DNA of 64,000 nucleotides from Podarcis tiliguerta (taxonomy: Eukaryota): NCBI GenBank assembly GCA_965153285.1, contig OZ229110.1. One strand, given 5' to 3'. Of the stretch, positions 23,798 through 36,500 are shown piece by piece. The position numbers were made by a program, and so were the translations under genes. The notes under the pieces were generated by a model that saw nothing but the letters and a program-made list of their open reading frames with translations, was not told the origin of the DNA and did no database searches. Position 1 is the stretch's first letter. Each line of letters opens with the position of its first letter.

Positions 23798-26199
23798 GGC
23801 CCAGGTTTCCCCTCCTGCACTCTGATAAGAACATAGGAAGCTGCCTTACACCAAGTCAGACCATTGGTTCATGTAGCTCAGTATTTGACAGTGGCTTCCC
23901 AGGATTTCCCAACCCTCTGTAAAACTACTGGTGTTTTGTTTTGAATTTGGCAGTTCTTGTTGCTCCCAATCATTTTGCCTACTTTTGTTTGCAGTTTGCC
24001 CCTTTGGATTCATGGAAGAAAAGCCGGATAATATACATTTTTAAAAACAAACAGTAAAATAAGGAGAACTTGTTCTTGGCCAGTGCCAGTTCCCCCTTCT
24101 GGCGACACCTGAAGCAGGTTGTTCTCCCCTGTTGCTTGTGGCTACCTATGACCAGGCACCCCTTTTATCTTTACATGCAGTTCTGGTCCTGCCTCAGAGT
24201 CTTGATCTTGATGCAAGTGCTTGCTGTCTTCACCTCCCCATCTACACATACTAAACATAACCCAGTTGGGATTGGCCTCTCCTCCCCACTGTGGAGAATT
24301 CCTGGAGAATGAGTCAGGCTCCTAAAAAGAGAATGGTTGCTGTCCCCTCCCCTCTCAGTTTATCTCCACTACTTGTAGCCTGAACTCAGCGACACAGGCC
24401 TTATTGGCTCTTGGCAAGAAAGGAAATGGTTACAGGTGCCCACTGCCAGCAGAAAGCCAGCTGTGGCAGTGTCTCTGGTTGGTCAAAACTCCCAAAACTT
24501 CAGGGGATAGATAACCCGTACCTATCAAGATCATTTTCTCAATCTAGCAGGGGGACCGTTTGCTCCAAAAGGGAATATATAAACATAAAAGTTAAAAACC
24601 TTACACTTCACAGAGCAAGCAAAGTAGTGTGGAGGTGCCTGCTTTTCCTTTGCAGCTGAATAGCAGCTCTGTGTGCTCTAGCAAAAAAATTAAAACTAAC
24701 AGTAGGGTAATACCTTTATTGTGACCAAGAAAAGATCCAACAAAATGCAATATCCAGTTTAAAAGAAGTAAAATTTGCCCTTTGTGGAAAAATAACACCA
24801 GACAGTGTGTTGAGCAGCCTTCTCCTCATTATAAAATGTAACTTAAAAAAAAAAAAAGCATTGTGGGAGATCTGATCATAGATCAGCATACACACCAAAA
24901 ATACAGGCTTGGTGGCAGCAGGGGATTCACATGCTGGAGAAAACTTTGTTGGCTGCCAAAACAGATTTCATGTTGCACCAAGGACCCTTTGGATACTGAA
25001 GACAACTGTGGCTGTTCCCCCTTGAAGCACACATCCACTGTAGTCCTTAGGAAAGTTTGTATATGGGTTAGTGGCCATCAAACAGCAAAAATTACTTACA
25101 GACCTTTCGTTTAGTTTATACTCACTTACCTGAGAGTGGCCGGTCTTGAAGAATACTCAATTTTGAGTTGACATGTATTGCTAGAGATGTTCTAGGCCTC
25201 TAAACCAACTTGCTTGCCTCAAGGTGCCCACCTCAAAAGCAGATTTCAATATATAAAGGAGCTGGAGGACTTGATTAATGCTGCTCTACTCTTTGAAACC
25301 AGAGCAATTTCTCATTGTTTTATAGGGTGGCGGCAAAACAGAAAGCAAACCATAAGAGTATAGCTATGATATTTAAGATTGGAATGCATATGCTGCTTCT
25401 ACACAAACTCTGCATAAGAGGTATGGTGACCATAGGAAGATAGTTATGGATTACCACACTTCAACAATATCCTGAATAATGGTGGCTTTGCTAAAGTGCT
25501 CATATGAAATCAAGGTTTATTGAAAGCCAGGGCAATTTTGAAACTTAGCTGGACATATTAAGCAGCAAGAAACTCTGGAGAGCTGTCAGATTTCTCAAAC
25601 CTCACATTCTTCTTCTAAAATCTCACATTTATCCAGATATGCCAGTAAACTATCTCTTGGATTTAAAAACCTTCAACACTGAAGCAGCTTTTGGAGCTCT
25701 GCCTTCAACCAGTGGACACATTCATCGGTGTAACACTGTTTTATGAACTATTGCCCCTTGTATATATTTCCAGGAGATGCACTGCTGGCTACATACCTGG
25801 CTAAAGTGGCTGGTTGGCTTGTTTAAACTTATCTACGTATTTCCTTAGCAGTACTGCTGAGTCTGTAACTTTTAAAGTACATAACTGTTTTAAAGGAAGT
25901 GTGACCACAGAGATCCCAGAGATTAGGAATCTAATTGACAGGATAGTTTTGTGTGAATTATAGATTCTGTTTGGATATCTCTGAAAGACTGTAAGGTGGT
26001 TGTTTTTTGCTAGGCAATAAAAGATTAATTAGATTTGCCCACATGACATTATGGCAGCTTAAGCAAATCAGATATATTACAACTGCATATCTGCCTGGAA
26101 TAGCACACATATGCTATTCCTACCTCCCATGCTGAGCAAAAAAACCAAACCAGCTTTCTTTGCTTGCAGAGCAGAAAAGCTATGATTTATGACAGGCCC

Positions 26200-26570
26200 A
26201 GTTTTCACGCCTTGCTAAGTCAAACTATGGAGTAGCCCTCCTCCATAGCTACTACTGCAGCCAAGCTGCTGTGAGTTAAGCCACAGTTTGGCTTAGCATT
26301 ACTTCTGAGTCTGGGCTCGTGGTTCCTCTCACTCCAGACAAACCATGAGTGGTAAGCCACAGAACAAACATTGCCAAGACCTCATGGTCTGTTTGGAGCA
26401 AGATAAACCACAAGCTGTGGTTTGGATGCATCACTAAACCAAACTGTAGGTTAGCTCAAATCAGTGCAGCGGCACCAGGACCAGAGGAGCAGAAAAAGGG
26501 CCACAATCTTCTCTCCAGGAACATGCCCATTTGCTCATTTGTGTTAAGCCATAGCAAAATGGGCCAGATT
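26200..26570. mobile_element. Palindromic non-autonomous DNA element (decayed foldback/MITE)
   Basis: Inverted arms at about 26281-26349 and 26380-26450 (CCACAGTTTGGCTTAGC...CAAACCATGAG / CTCATGGTCTG...CTAAACCAAACTGTAGG). Confidence 0.55.
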
Positions 26571-26961
26571 CTAGGAAGTTTAACTAGCAGTGTATGTGCT
26601 CCACACTTTCTTCCCACTTTTTTTTAACCTCAGTCAGTTTATTAGATTCACTATAATGGGCCTTGTATAAGAAATTTAGGTGAAGTGAGGCAATCACTCT
26701 ACAGAGGTTGATGTTTGTTCTCCTATTCCTCTCAAGAATTTGGTGTTGACAGCAGAAACTCACATGGCTTTCCAGGGTCTAAATACCAACCTGGAGAAAA
26801 TTTGCTTGTACGGTATTTCTTAGATAAGCAAACCTGCTTAGTGGCAGCTTAGAGGAGCAGGGCTCACCTCGACTCAAAAATCCCTAAAGCACCCAACATT
26901 ACCTTTACTGCCACCCGAGTTATATCACAACAGTCATGACCACATACTTGCACTTGAATCA

Positions 26962-26967
26962 TTTATT
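26962..26967 (-). other. Candidate TTLL4 polyadenylation signal (implies a 3'UTR of about 4 kb)
   Basis: AATAAA on the minus strand following an A/T-rich stretch. Confidence 0.35.
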
Positions 26968-29900
26968 TTGTTTTTTTAAAAAAATATCTTTAATTTAGCA
27001 GTGTGAGTTAAATTGGACTCATGGCATCCTTTTGAAAATGTATATCCTCCTCTGGATCTTTTCGATGCACACTTCAGAAGACCCAAACAACCACTAGTGC
27101 CCTCTGTGCAGCAATAAATTGACCACTGACATTTCACTCTGAGCAGAATAAATCCATCTGAAGAAGATAGTTGTGTTAAGCAAGTTGAGACAGCAGCTAC
27201 TCGAGCTTCAAATCCCGAAATGTGGAAGGTGCTGGGATGGCTTCTCCTCTATCCCAGAGCAATCTTCTCCCATTCCCGAAACACTTGGGCAGAATTCTAT
27301 GCCCTTCTGCATAGGGTGGCTCCTCACAAGTCATAGCACATCTTTTTGTTCCTCTCGGTATCAAGCTCTATAGCACACTGCTTGGAGGATCCACCTTAGC
27401 AAGATAAAACCAACCAATGAGGCTTCTATTTACTGCAATAGTTTGCTTTAGGGGAAAAGAAAACCACCAGGGCAAGGAAATAAGTTCATTACAAAGCACT
27501 ACATAGGAAGTTACCTTATACTGAGTCAGACCATTGGTCCATCTACCTCAGCACCGTTTATGGTGACTTGGCAAAGGTTCTCTAAGGTTTCAGCCATGAG
27601 TCTTTTCCACCTTATTTGGGAACCTGGGATTTTGTGCATGCAAAGCATATGCATATGCTGAAGGGTGATATTTGGCCAGAAATGCAATGCCTTTTCCCTA
27701 AATTGAGTTCCACCAATTTACATTGAGCGATCCATGACATTTCGTGCAGAGTAGTACCCACCTAAGGTTCAAATACTGATGGGGCATGGGGGAAGGAGAG
27801 AACCAGCAATGCCTGTTAATACCAGGAAACAGAGATAGCTGTGTAGACCACATTGGAGGAGTGTTGAACACCTGTTTGCTCGTAATTACTCAAGTCAGGA
27901 AGGGTGGGTGGTGGTGGCAAGAGTATAAGGCGGCTCAGGGAGACGGCCAGCTGGGAGGATTCTTTAGGACACTCGAAGAGGCCTCTCCACTTTCACACTT
28001 CTACACAGCTAGCTCTTTTAGGTCATTCAATACAATCCTAGGAGTCAGGCTAGTTCACAGAAGATTGTCGCTATGAGATTTGAGAGGGACACATTAGGCA
28101 CCAACCTCCTACAGAGCCCAAAGAAGGGACATGACACTCAGTTTTCAGTAGGGGACAGTGAAATAAAACCTGTTGCACGGCTAGGACACATAGGTCGGTT
28201 CCTAAAAGAGGATTCAAAATGCAAGCCTTCATTTTTGTGTACCAGGCAAACAGGGAGAGAGGTTTTAACCAAGTTAAAACTGAACATATATTGAGGATGT
28301 TGGCAGTAGGAAGCCAACTCTCCCTCTACCCTTGTTTTATTACCTTACTAGAAATTGGCTTGCCCTCCTTTTGCTTATGCACTGCCTCACCAAGATCTCA
28401 GCATGTGCCCGGCTTGGCTTGCAGAAAGGGCATAAGAAATTAAAACAAAAATTCAACACTCAAGTCTCCTAAAGGATTAGACTGTCTTCTGTTGGCTTTT
28501 TGGAGAAAAGGCTGTCTCGCAATAGAGATTAGTGCAACACACCCTTCCCCTCTGTTTACGAAGTTTTGCAGGGATAACTGTCAACTGATGAAGCTAGTAG
28601 CCAGGAACATATAGAGTATGAACTTGGAAGAAGCAAGCCGTCTCCACTTCTATCTTCCCAACCTCAGCGACAGCCAAGCTGGCTAAGAGAAGAGCCAAGC
28701 TGGAGAGAAGTTATGATGAATCTGAAGGGGATGGAAATAACAAGCCAAGGGGAAAAGAAGCTTTAATTCAGGGGATCATGCCATAAAGGTCTCACCAAGA
28801 TAGATACCTGTGTTAATACAGCCAGTGAAGTAAGACAGAAACGCAAGGTAAGTCACTGTCTGCAAGGCAGAATCTGGAATGATTTCTAGCAACTCATTCC
28901 CTGGCATGATGCAAGGAGAGCTGCTGCTTCTACTGCTAAGGCCCCAGGAGAAAGCAAAACTACATCCAGTGTGCCTGGCTTGGCTTCCAACTCTATGTTT
29001 CCCAGCTTTTCTGCTCTTAAGAGCTTAGTCACTGAGGTTACTTAGGATAAGCAAATGACAGTCGTAGTAAGAAAGAGGTGCCCTGTTGCTTTGGTGTTAT
29101 GTGCTCTGGGGAATCTCACTGCAATGACTTGAACCACTTTAACAATAAATGCACACTGCATCTATATTCTAGATTGCAGCTGCTGTATCCAGTTGTATCC
29201 AGGAGATTTCCAGGACTGTGTGATTCATAAATACTGCCCTGACCAATGGAGAAGCAATCTATTTGGAGAGATGCACTGTAGGAATGATGCCTTCCTTTTT
29301 CTGGCCATTTATATCACAAGTAGCCACCTAAACACATCTCACCATCATAGTGAGAAATACTTACAGGCATTTGGAATATCATTACTGCTACATGGAAAAA
29401 ATAGAAGACTGCACAGTGATGCATCAGGGGACTTGCATGCCTCATGCTGTCCATAGCATCTGACTGTGTGTGTGTGTAAAATGAGACAAAAGGACTCCTA
29501 TCGTTCATTAAGAATAAAGATTTCTTGCAGCCGAAGTTGTTGAGTTCACCCTCAAGGCTCAGAATTTAGCAGCTTCCAGCACGTGGTGTCTGAGTACAGG
29601 CAGGAAATGCTCCTAAGTGTCAAGGTATCAGGAGTCAAGTAGAGCAACAGATGCATCTATCAGTGCCCAGGGATCAGGACAGCAAACGGCCCTTGCTGGC
29701 TGTAAGTGCAAGCTTACTAACACATTCCGGACAAACACACACAACTGAAAAGTGGACCCAAAGCTGGGATCCAGTACCAGATTCAGATTAGGAGTAAAGT
29801 ATAACAAGTGGAGAAAAGGCAGAATTATCCAGCAGTAAGGAGAAGGCACTGACCGATCAGAAATAACACTGACTGAGGCTGCAGTACTTAAAGCAAGAAT

Positions 29901-30910
29901 TATACAGCCAAGCACCACTTGGGCTAAATTATAGTCTTCTTTAGGGGTAAAGAACTGGAGAGTGTTCTAGGGTATATATGAATGCTAGGAGGATTAACAC
30001 AGATAACCACCTGACCCTAAACCAGAGAGGAACAAGAAGCAGCCACCTTAGCACACCTTTTTCTGAGTCCCAGCACAAAGCTAAAACCGAAAGGAGATGC
30101 TCCTCCTGTTTAAGAAACCACCGCCAGTGCTTAAGCTACACAGTTGTGCTTTGGACCAGCACACTGCAAAATCTGCTTCTCCAGAGTAAAAAGTAAGTAG
30201 AAAATACCTTCCATAACTAAAGTCCATCAGGAAATCTGTACCCAGGAACTAAGTAAACATGGGTGTGTACCTAGAGAATAAGAATATTCTTGGATTCCCC
30301 ACCACCTCCCTCACTGTTTAAGCCTATTTCTCTTATGGCCATGCACCAGAGAGTTTATGAAAAAATCTGCCTGATTTACTGGTGTTAAGCCATTCTTAAG
30401 TTTGTTTTCCCATCTGTTCAGCTAATAAGGAATTTGTGTCATGTTGTGAATACATAGGTTATTATGTCAATTGCAAACATGCAATTGCCTCATGGTAGCA
30501 GCTCATTTCACAAATGGTCATTGAGGTTGTCAGTGTCTGGCGAAACCTAGTATGTCGGCACTTAACAGTGAGAGGCACTTACGGCTCAAGTGGTGACGAT
30601 CATGGCAAGGTCAATAAACTATAAGGAACTCACACTAAAAGTTAAATAGGTTTTCCAAGCTTCTGTGTTTAGCAACTTCCTTTGTCATAAAAAAAAACTA
30701 TAAACAGAGCATTTGTCCCTTTTAACCAAGTTAAACATCTCCTCTTCGACCCAATTCCCTTTCCAAAAAAATAGTTCTACGTGGGCGTGCCGGACGAAAG
30801 GTCCTCCCATCCTTCCATGCTGGCTCTCCTAGCTTCCGTTGAGGTAGGTCACGTACGCCCCCTCCTGAGACCATAAGGAAGGGGAAGTTGGCCACTCACT
30901 CAGTCCCCCG

Positions 30911-33554
30911 TCACTTCACTAGGCTTGAGTTGCTGAGGGTCCGAGGGATTGTGGGTTTCTTGAGACTTCCAGCTGTGTATTTAATCTGAGGTAAGCTTTG
31001 AGTGCAAGGGTTTGGCTCAGAGCTTCGGACTGGCTCCTCCCCATCTCGCTGGACAAGGATTTTGCTGTTGGGAAGAAGACAGAACCTGAGAGAGAGGCAG
31101 ATCTGTCTTGCAGCACAGAATAGAGCACACACAGAGAGAACCACTTCCATAGCATATCATTTTCACCCGTCTGAAGGAAACGACAGTCTTTCTATTACTA
31201 CTGTGTCATCCCTGTATTTGATAGGAAAGAAGAATTTAGGGCTTATGGCTCACCACTCCCTAGGCCTGATTACCACAATGTGCTGTACCTCAGGCTGCCT
31301 TGAAAACAGTCTAGAAACTTCAGCTGCTCCAAAACAGGGCAGCAAGATTGTTAACAGGAAGTGGCTGAAAAATTAAATCATGCCTGTGCTTTGTTATCTA
31401 CACTGGCTTCTAATCTATTCCAGGGGACAATTCAAAGTGCAAGTATTAACTTTTCAAGCCCTAAAACGGAGATGGAGAATCTGTGACCCTCCAGATGTTC
31501 TGGGACTAGAACGCCAATCATCCCTGACCATGGGCCATGCTGGCTAGAATGAGACGAAGGCCAACAACTTCTGGAAGGCTGCAGGTTCTCCATTCCTGCC
31601 CTAAATAACCTGGGGCTAGGTTATCCGAAGGACACGGGTGGCGCTGTGGGTTAAACCACAGAGCCTTGGACTTGCCGATCAGAAGGTCGGCGGTTCGAAT
31701 CCCTGCGATGGGGTGAGCTCCCGTTGCTCAGTTCCTGCTCCTGCCAACCTAGCAGTTCGAAAGCACGTCAAAGTGCAAGTAGATAAATAGGTACCGCTCC
31801 GGCTGGAAGGTAAACGGCATTTCCGTGCGCTGCTCTGGTTCACCAGAAGTGGCTTAGTCATGCTGGCCACATGCCCTGGAAGCTGTCTGCGGACAAATGG
31901 TGGCTCCCTGGGCCAATAAAGCGGGATGAGCACCGCAACCCCAGAGTCTGTCATGACAGGACCCAATGGTCAGGGGTTCCTTTACCTTTACGTTATCTGA
32001 AGGACTATCTCCTCCCATATATGCAGCCCAACCTGAAAATCATCTTTAAAAGTCCACCCCTGCCAAGTGAGGTGAGGTGAGGCAGGTGCCGACTTTTGAG
32101 TAGCCATAGGTCAAGGCCTTTTATTCAGCTAGGCTTTCCTACTTAAAAACATGGTCAAAAGTTTTTTTTTCAAACATTTGGTACTACTGGTTCCTCTGTT
32201 GCTGGTTTTATTTTATTTTATTTAGCTTTGTTTGTGATTTTGTGTTCATTTTGTTTTTACATTTTACATGTTTTTTTAAAGTACACTGCCCAGAATACTT
32301 AGTGTTACAAGTTAGTATAAAAATGCTACAAATAATTATTTATGTCAGATATATACCGAAGTAAAAATAAGAAAGGCTAAGACAACGGACTGGTTTGAAC
32401 TTAACAGGAAATCCTAGCTTGCAGCTACATGATCGAAGCTGCCTGACCATACATGGGCTCAGGGCTACTCAGGGAAAATTAAGATTGGCACTGTATCCAG
32501 CCTCCATGATTTTTTTAAAAGAAGGAGTTGCAAGTCAGAATGGCCGAAAAGTCTCACAGCCACTGCAGAGTGCCTCAGTGGGCACCACACTGAAAAAGCC
32601 CAGTTGAAACTAACTATAGTTTGCCCTTACTGGATATAATGATTGACCACAGTTAGTTTAAACCCAGAAGCAGATGCTTCTAATTTAATCCTCTGGCACA
32701 TCCTAACAGGGGCAGAAAGTAGCACATAAACAGTTAAGATCACGCTTGTCAAAAGGGTAATATATCAGGGCAGGGAAGTAAGGAAGGTAAAGGTGGCATA
32801 TAAGTAACAAAGAAGAGTTTCCTTTTTCTCCATGTATTCATGAGAAGGTTAACATGCATTAAAATATATTAAGCATGGCTACAATCCTACACACAACCAC
32901 CTGGGAATAAATCCCATTGAATGCAGTGGGGATTACTTCAGAGCAGACTTGCAAAGAATTGTACTATAAGGGAACGGATGAAAAATCATGGACAAACCCC
33001 AACTGGAAATGTATTGAGATATAACAGTGGCTGGTTCTCGCAATCTCACCTGGTTCTGCCTAATTCCATCTTGCTCAAGCCATTCACAGGGAGTTCATTC
33101 TTCATATAGAGGTGGGATCTTGGAATTGACCACTGAAGTTGAGAGAGTGCAGAGTTAGACAGCTAGTGAATGTTCCTTTCTTAGCTCCCAGCATACCTCA
33201 AACTGAGTGAAGCAAAGAGAAGGTGCTTCAGGCAGTAAGACAACCACCAATATAGAGCCACTTGATTAGTAACAAGTAGTTCTGATGGGCACCCTCATGA
33301 AAAAGCAGAACATATCTAAGGTATGAGGAAAGGCAAAGAGGGCCCACCCTTACCATCACTGTGGATTCTGTCACCACTCCATTATGAAAGCCTTTGTGAC
33401 ACCAGTTTCTGAGCAGATCCACCCCTGCAGAAAGGAACACCACAGAACAAATGCTAGTTCACATGTGAAATGTTGAGGGCTATTACTAGGCAACTGCCCT
33501 GGATGTAAGAAGGCAGTGGGTACAAGTAATGCAGGGCCTTGATACTGAGCAACC

Positions 33555-33597
<43 letters not shown>

Positions 33598-36500
33598 TTA
33601 AAAATCAAGCTGCAATGGTATGATGCTCATTTGAAGATGTTGAACTTCCTGGTCTATTCTATGGAATTATCTGGATACACTCAAGAGAAGCAGGTAACAC
33701 TGATGAACAGGAAGGCTCTGGGTGAGGGTGTGGGCTTAAAGGTAGCCAATAGAAACCAATGAAAGGACAAAGGGGTAGGCAAGAATAAAGAAAGACTTCT
33801 GCCCTAACGCCAAAGATGTGGCTGCAAGGTGTGGGGAGTGGGGAAGATGACAGAAATGACCCAGCAAGAAGCAACACTCAAACCACACTAGAAACCTGTA
33901 AGGATGACGGATAATGCTATGTGAAAGAGCACAGACAGCTCTGGGTTAGAAAGCAAGGTATGCAGTCTACTTATAAAGGGCTGGATCAAACAACTAACTG
34001 CTTATCCTAGAAGGGAGCTTGCAAGAAGGAGGTGATGGGAACTTTTTTACCTTTGACCTTATTCACGAAATATTTCAGCTCCCACTGGGAAGTAAGGATG
34101 TTGTAGTATCGCGGCTGCTCAAAGAAACGTAGGTAGTGCATGGAGAAGCGCGAGGGGAAAACTCGCTCAAACTGTCCACGTCGAGCGAATTCATCCTCCG
34201 TCTCTACTAGGACACGTACATCATCTGGTGTTAGAACATCTAGGATGGTGGAATAGAACTCCTGCAGCCAAGAGGGACAGGGAAACACCTTGGTTTTCCA
34301 GGAGGTAACTTCACAAGTCTACATGCATGCCACTTTCAGTTCTCTAAAACCACTATGATTGCCACTCTAGGATGGTGGCCACGCAACACATATTCCCCTC
34401 CCACTGTGACAGCAGTGGAAAGACAGAAGAGAGATATTCAAATAGGAATTTGTTGGGGGGGGGGTGAAGAAGAAAAGGTAGGGTTCTTGGTTATGGTTCC
34501 CAAATGCTTCTTGTACCCCTTGAACAAACTAAACCAAAAAGCATGTGTGTAAGTAAGAAATGGGAAATCTTACTGCTTCAAGGCACACCCATTATAACAA
34601 TGGCAACCAGTGGCTATGGCCTATTGGGTCTTAACTATACAGTGGTACCTCGGGTTAAGTACTTAATTCGTTCCGGAGGTCTGTTCTTAACCTGAAACTG
34701 TTCTTAACCTGAAGCACCACTTTAGCTAATGGGGCCGGGCCGCCGGAGCATGATTTCTGTTCTTATCCTGAAGCAAAGTTCTTAACCTGAAGCACTATTT
34801 CTGGGTTAGCGGAGTGTGTAACCTGAAGCGTATGTAACCCCAGGTACCACTATAGTTTGTAACATTTTCTTAAGCTATGCTGTGTGTTTGATGGGCTTAA
34901 GGTTTGACACTAGCCTTGCTCTGAATACAGTTGAAATACAGCTCTTTATAACTTCCACACTTAGCCAAATCATATCCTTTATGTCAAATACAACCTCCTT
35001 CAGATACCAGTCCTTCAGTGAATAAACAAGCACCTCCTCCTTGTGTGTGGATGCATCTTACCTGTTGGGACACATTTTCTGTCAGAAAAAGAGCTTGGCT
35101 GAACTCTTAAGCACTCCCCAAGCCAAGCGATTGTAATGATCATCTGCTAGCACGAGTCAATATTTCAGTGTAGCTACCGCTATGCTTTGTAACGCCTTGT
35201 CTAGTAATATTAGGCAGGCACCCTTACACCCCTGCTAAAAACTTTTTTTTTATTTCAGCAAGCCTAGCGAGAAACATAATTTAGTTATGTATACTTGTTT
35301 GATGATTTTATGATGTTTTATGCACACTACTTATGGTTTCATTTAATTAAACAGTTAATGAAATGATTCAAAGAAGAGCGGAGAACTCCAGCCCAAACAT
35401 GCATGAGATCTCAGAATGAGGGCAGAGTATTTGGGGAAGGCATGTTCTCGCCTACCTGATCAGGCACTTTTGAGGTCAGATAAAAAGCTCTTTTCGTTTT
35501 CTCAGAAGTGAACAGCTCCAGGGATGACTTACTCTTCTCCTTTGCGACACTATTCAAGCTGGGCACAGCAATAATTAAAGTTAGTACAGAGAGAGTTAGT
35601 CAGTGCCCTCAATTCAGCCACCTATAGCCAGAATCATAAGCAATACTCTGTTAAGCCAAAAGAAAGGAAAAAAAGCCTCAAATGATCCATGGAGACATAG
35701 ATCAAGGATGGGCAACCTTAGGCATGGGGGCAGTGTGCAACCCTCCAGCCCCCCCCATCTGGGCCCCAAGACTCTTCCCAGGCCATGCTCCCTTCCCCAG
35801 GCCCCATCCCTCACCAGCCTGCTTCATGCTTTCCCCAACCTGGCGCCCTCCAGGTGTTTGCTGCCATCCCTGACAGCTATTGTGGCTGAGCTGAGTTGGG
35901 GAGCAACACACAATTCCAGCTACCGAAGCCCAGTATTCCTGGCAATATGTCTGAGATCACCACCGCTGCTCAGCTTCCAAGGTAGCACGAGGTATTGCCC
36001 GGGTATTTTCAAGCCCATCTTGCAAATAACAAAAGCAGAGATTCTTTGGATGTTTAATTCAGTTTCTGTACCAATAGCGTGACTGAATAAAATGCATAGT
36101 CCTATATACAGGCTACAGCTATGCTTCTGTGCTATAGCCACACATACTATTGCCACAACAACTTTTCTTCTCAGTCTTTCCAACTCAGGCCTCCTCACTC
36201 CCCTACTGAACAAGAACAATGCAAAAGATGAGATGCCCAGTAAAACGTCTCTTTCTGAGTTGTGATCTCTAACCTAGTTGTGGAGCTGCTGGCACTTCCA
36301 GAGGGTGAAGCCACATCATCTGTGCTTGGCAACAGAAAACCAGCCAAATTAAGGGCATCTCTGACCATTTGACCCTTGATGCTCACATCCAGAGGAGAGT
36401 TTGAATGAAGGCTGCAGAGAGAACAAAACCTTGATTGGACAAGCCCATCTTCATGTCTTTGGCCCTAGCTTTGGCATTTCAGATAGCTGTTAAGTTTGAT

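Larger units (their letters stand above)
31290..32135 (+). mobile_element. Decayed L2 fragment hosting a hAT MITE and a Sauria SINE
   Basis: L2-like remnants (KLQLLQN-like, LHWL-like, [19 protein letters not shown]) interrupted by two TSD-flanked insertions. Confidence 0.65.

Noticed and set aside
21900-30900. Expected CYP27A1 or a pseudogene of it between TTLL4 and PRKAG3
   Set aside because: No P450 motif (such as FxxGxRxCxG) or exon chain was recognisable by eye.
32631-32702. 72-nt frame-preserving exon candidate in the last TTLL4 intron ([14 protein letters not shown]...)
   Set aside because: It has AG/GT ends and an open frame, but no similarity to TTLL4 that I can recognise, and it resembles a repeat fragment. 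It needs RNA evidence.
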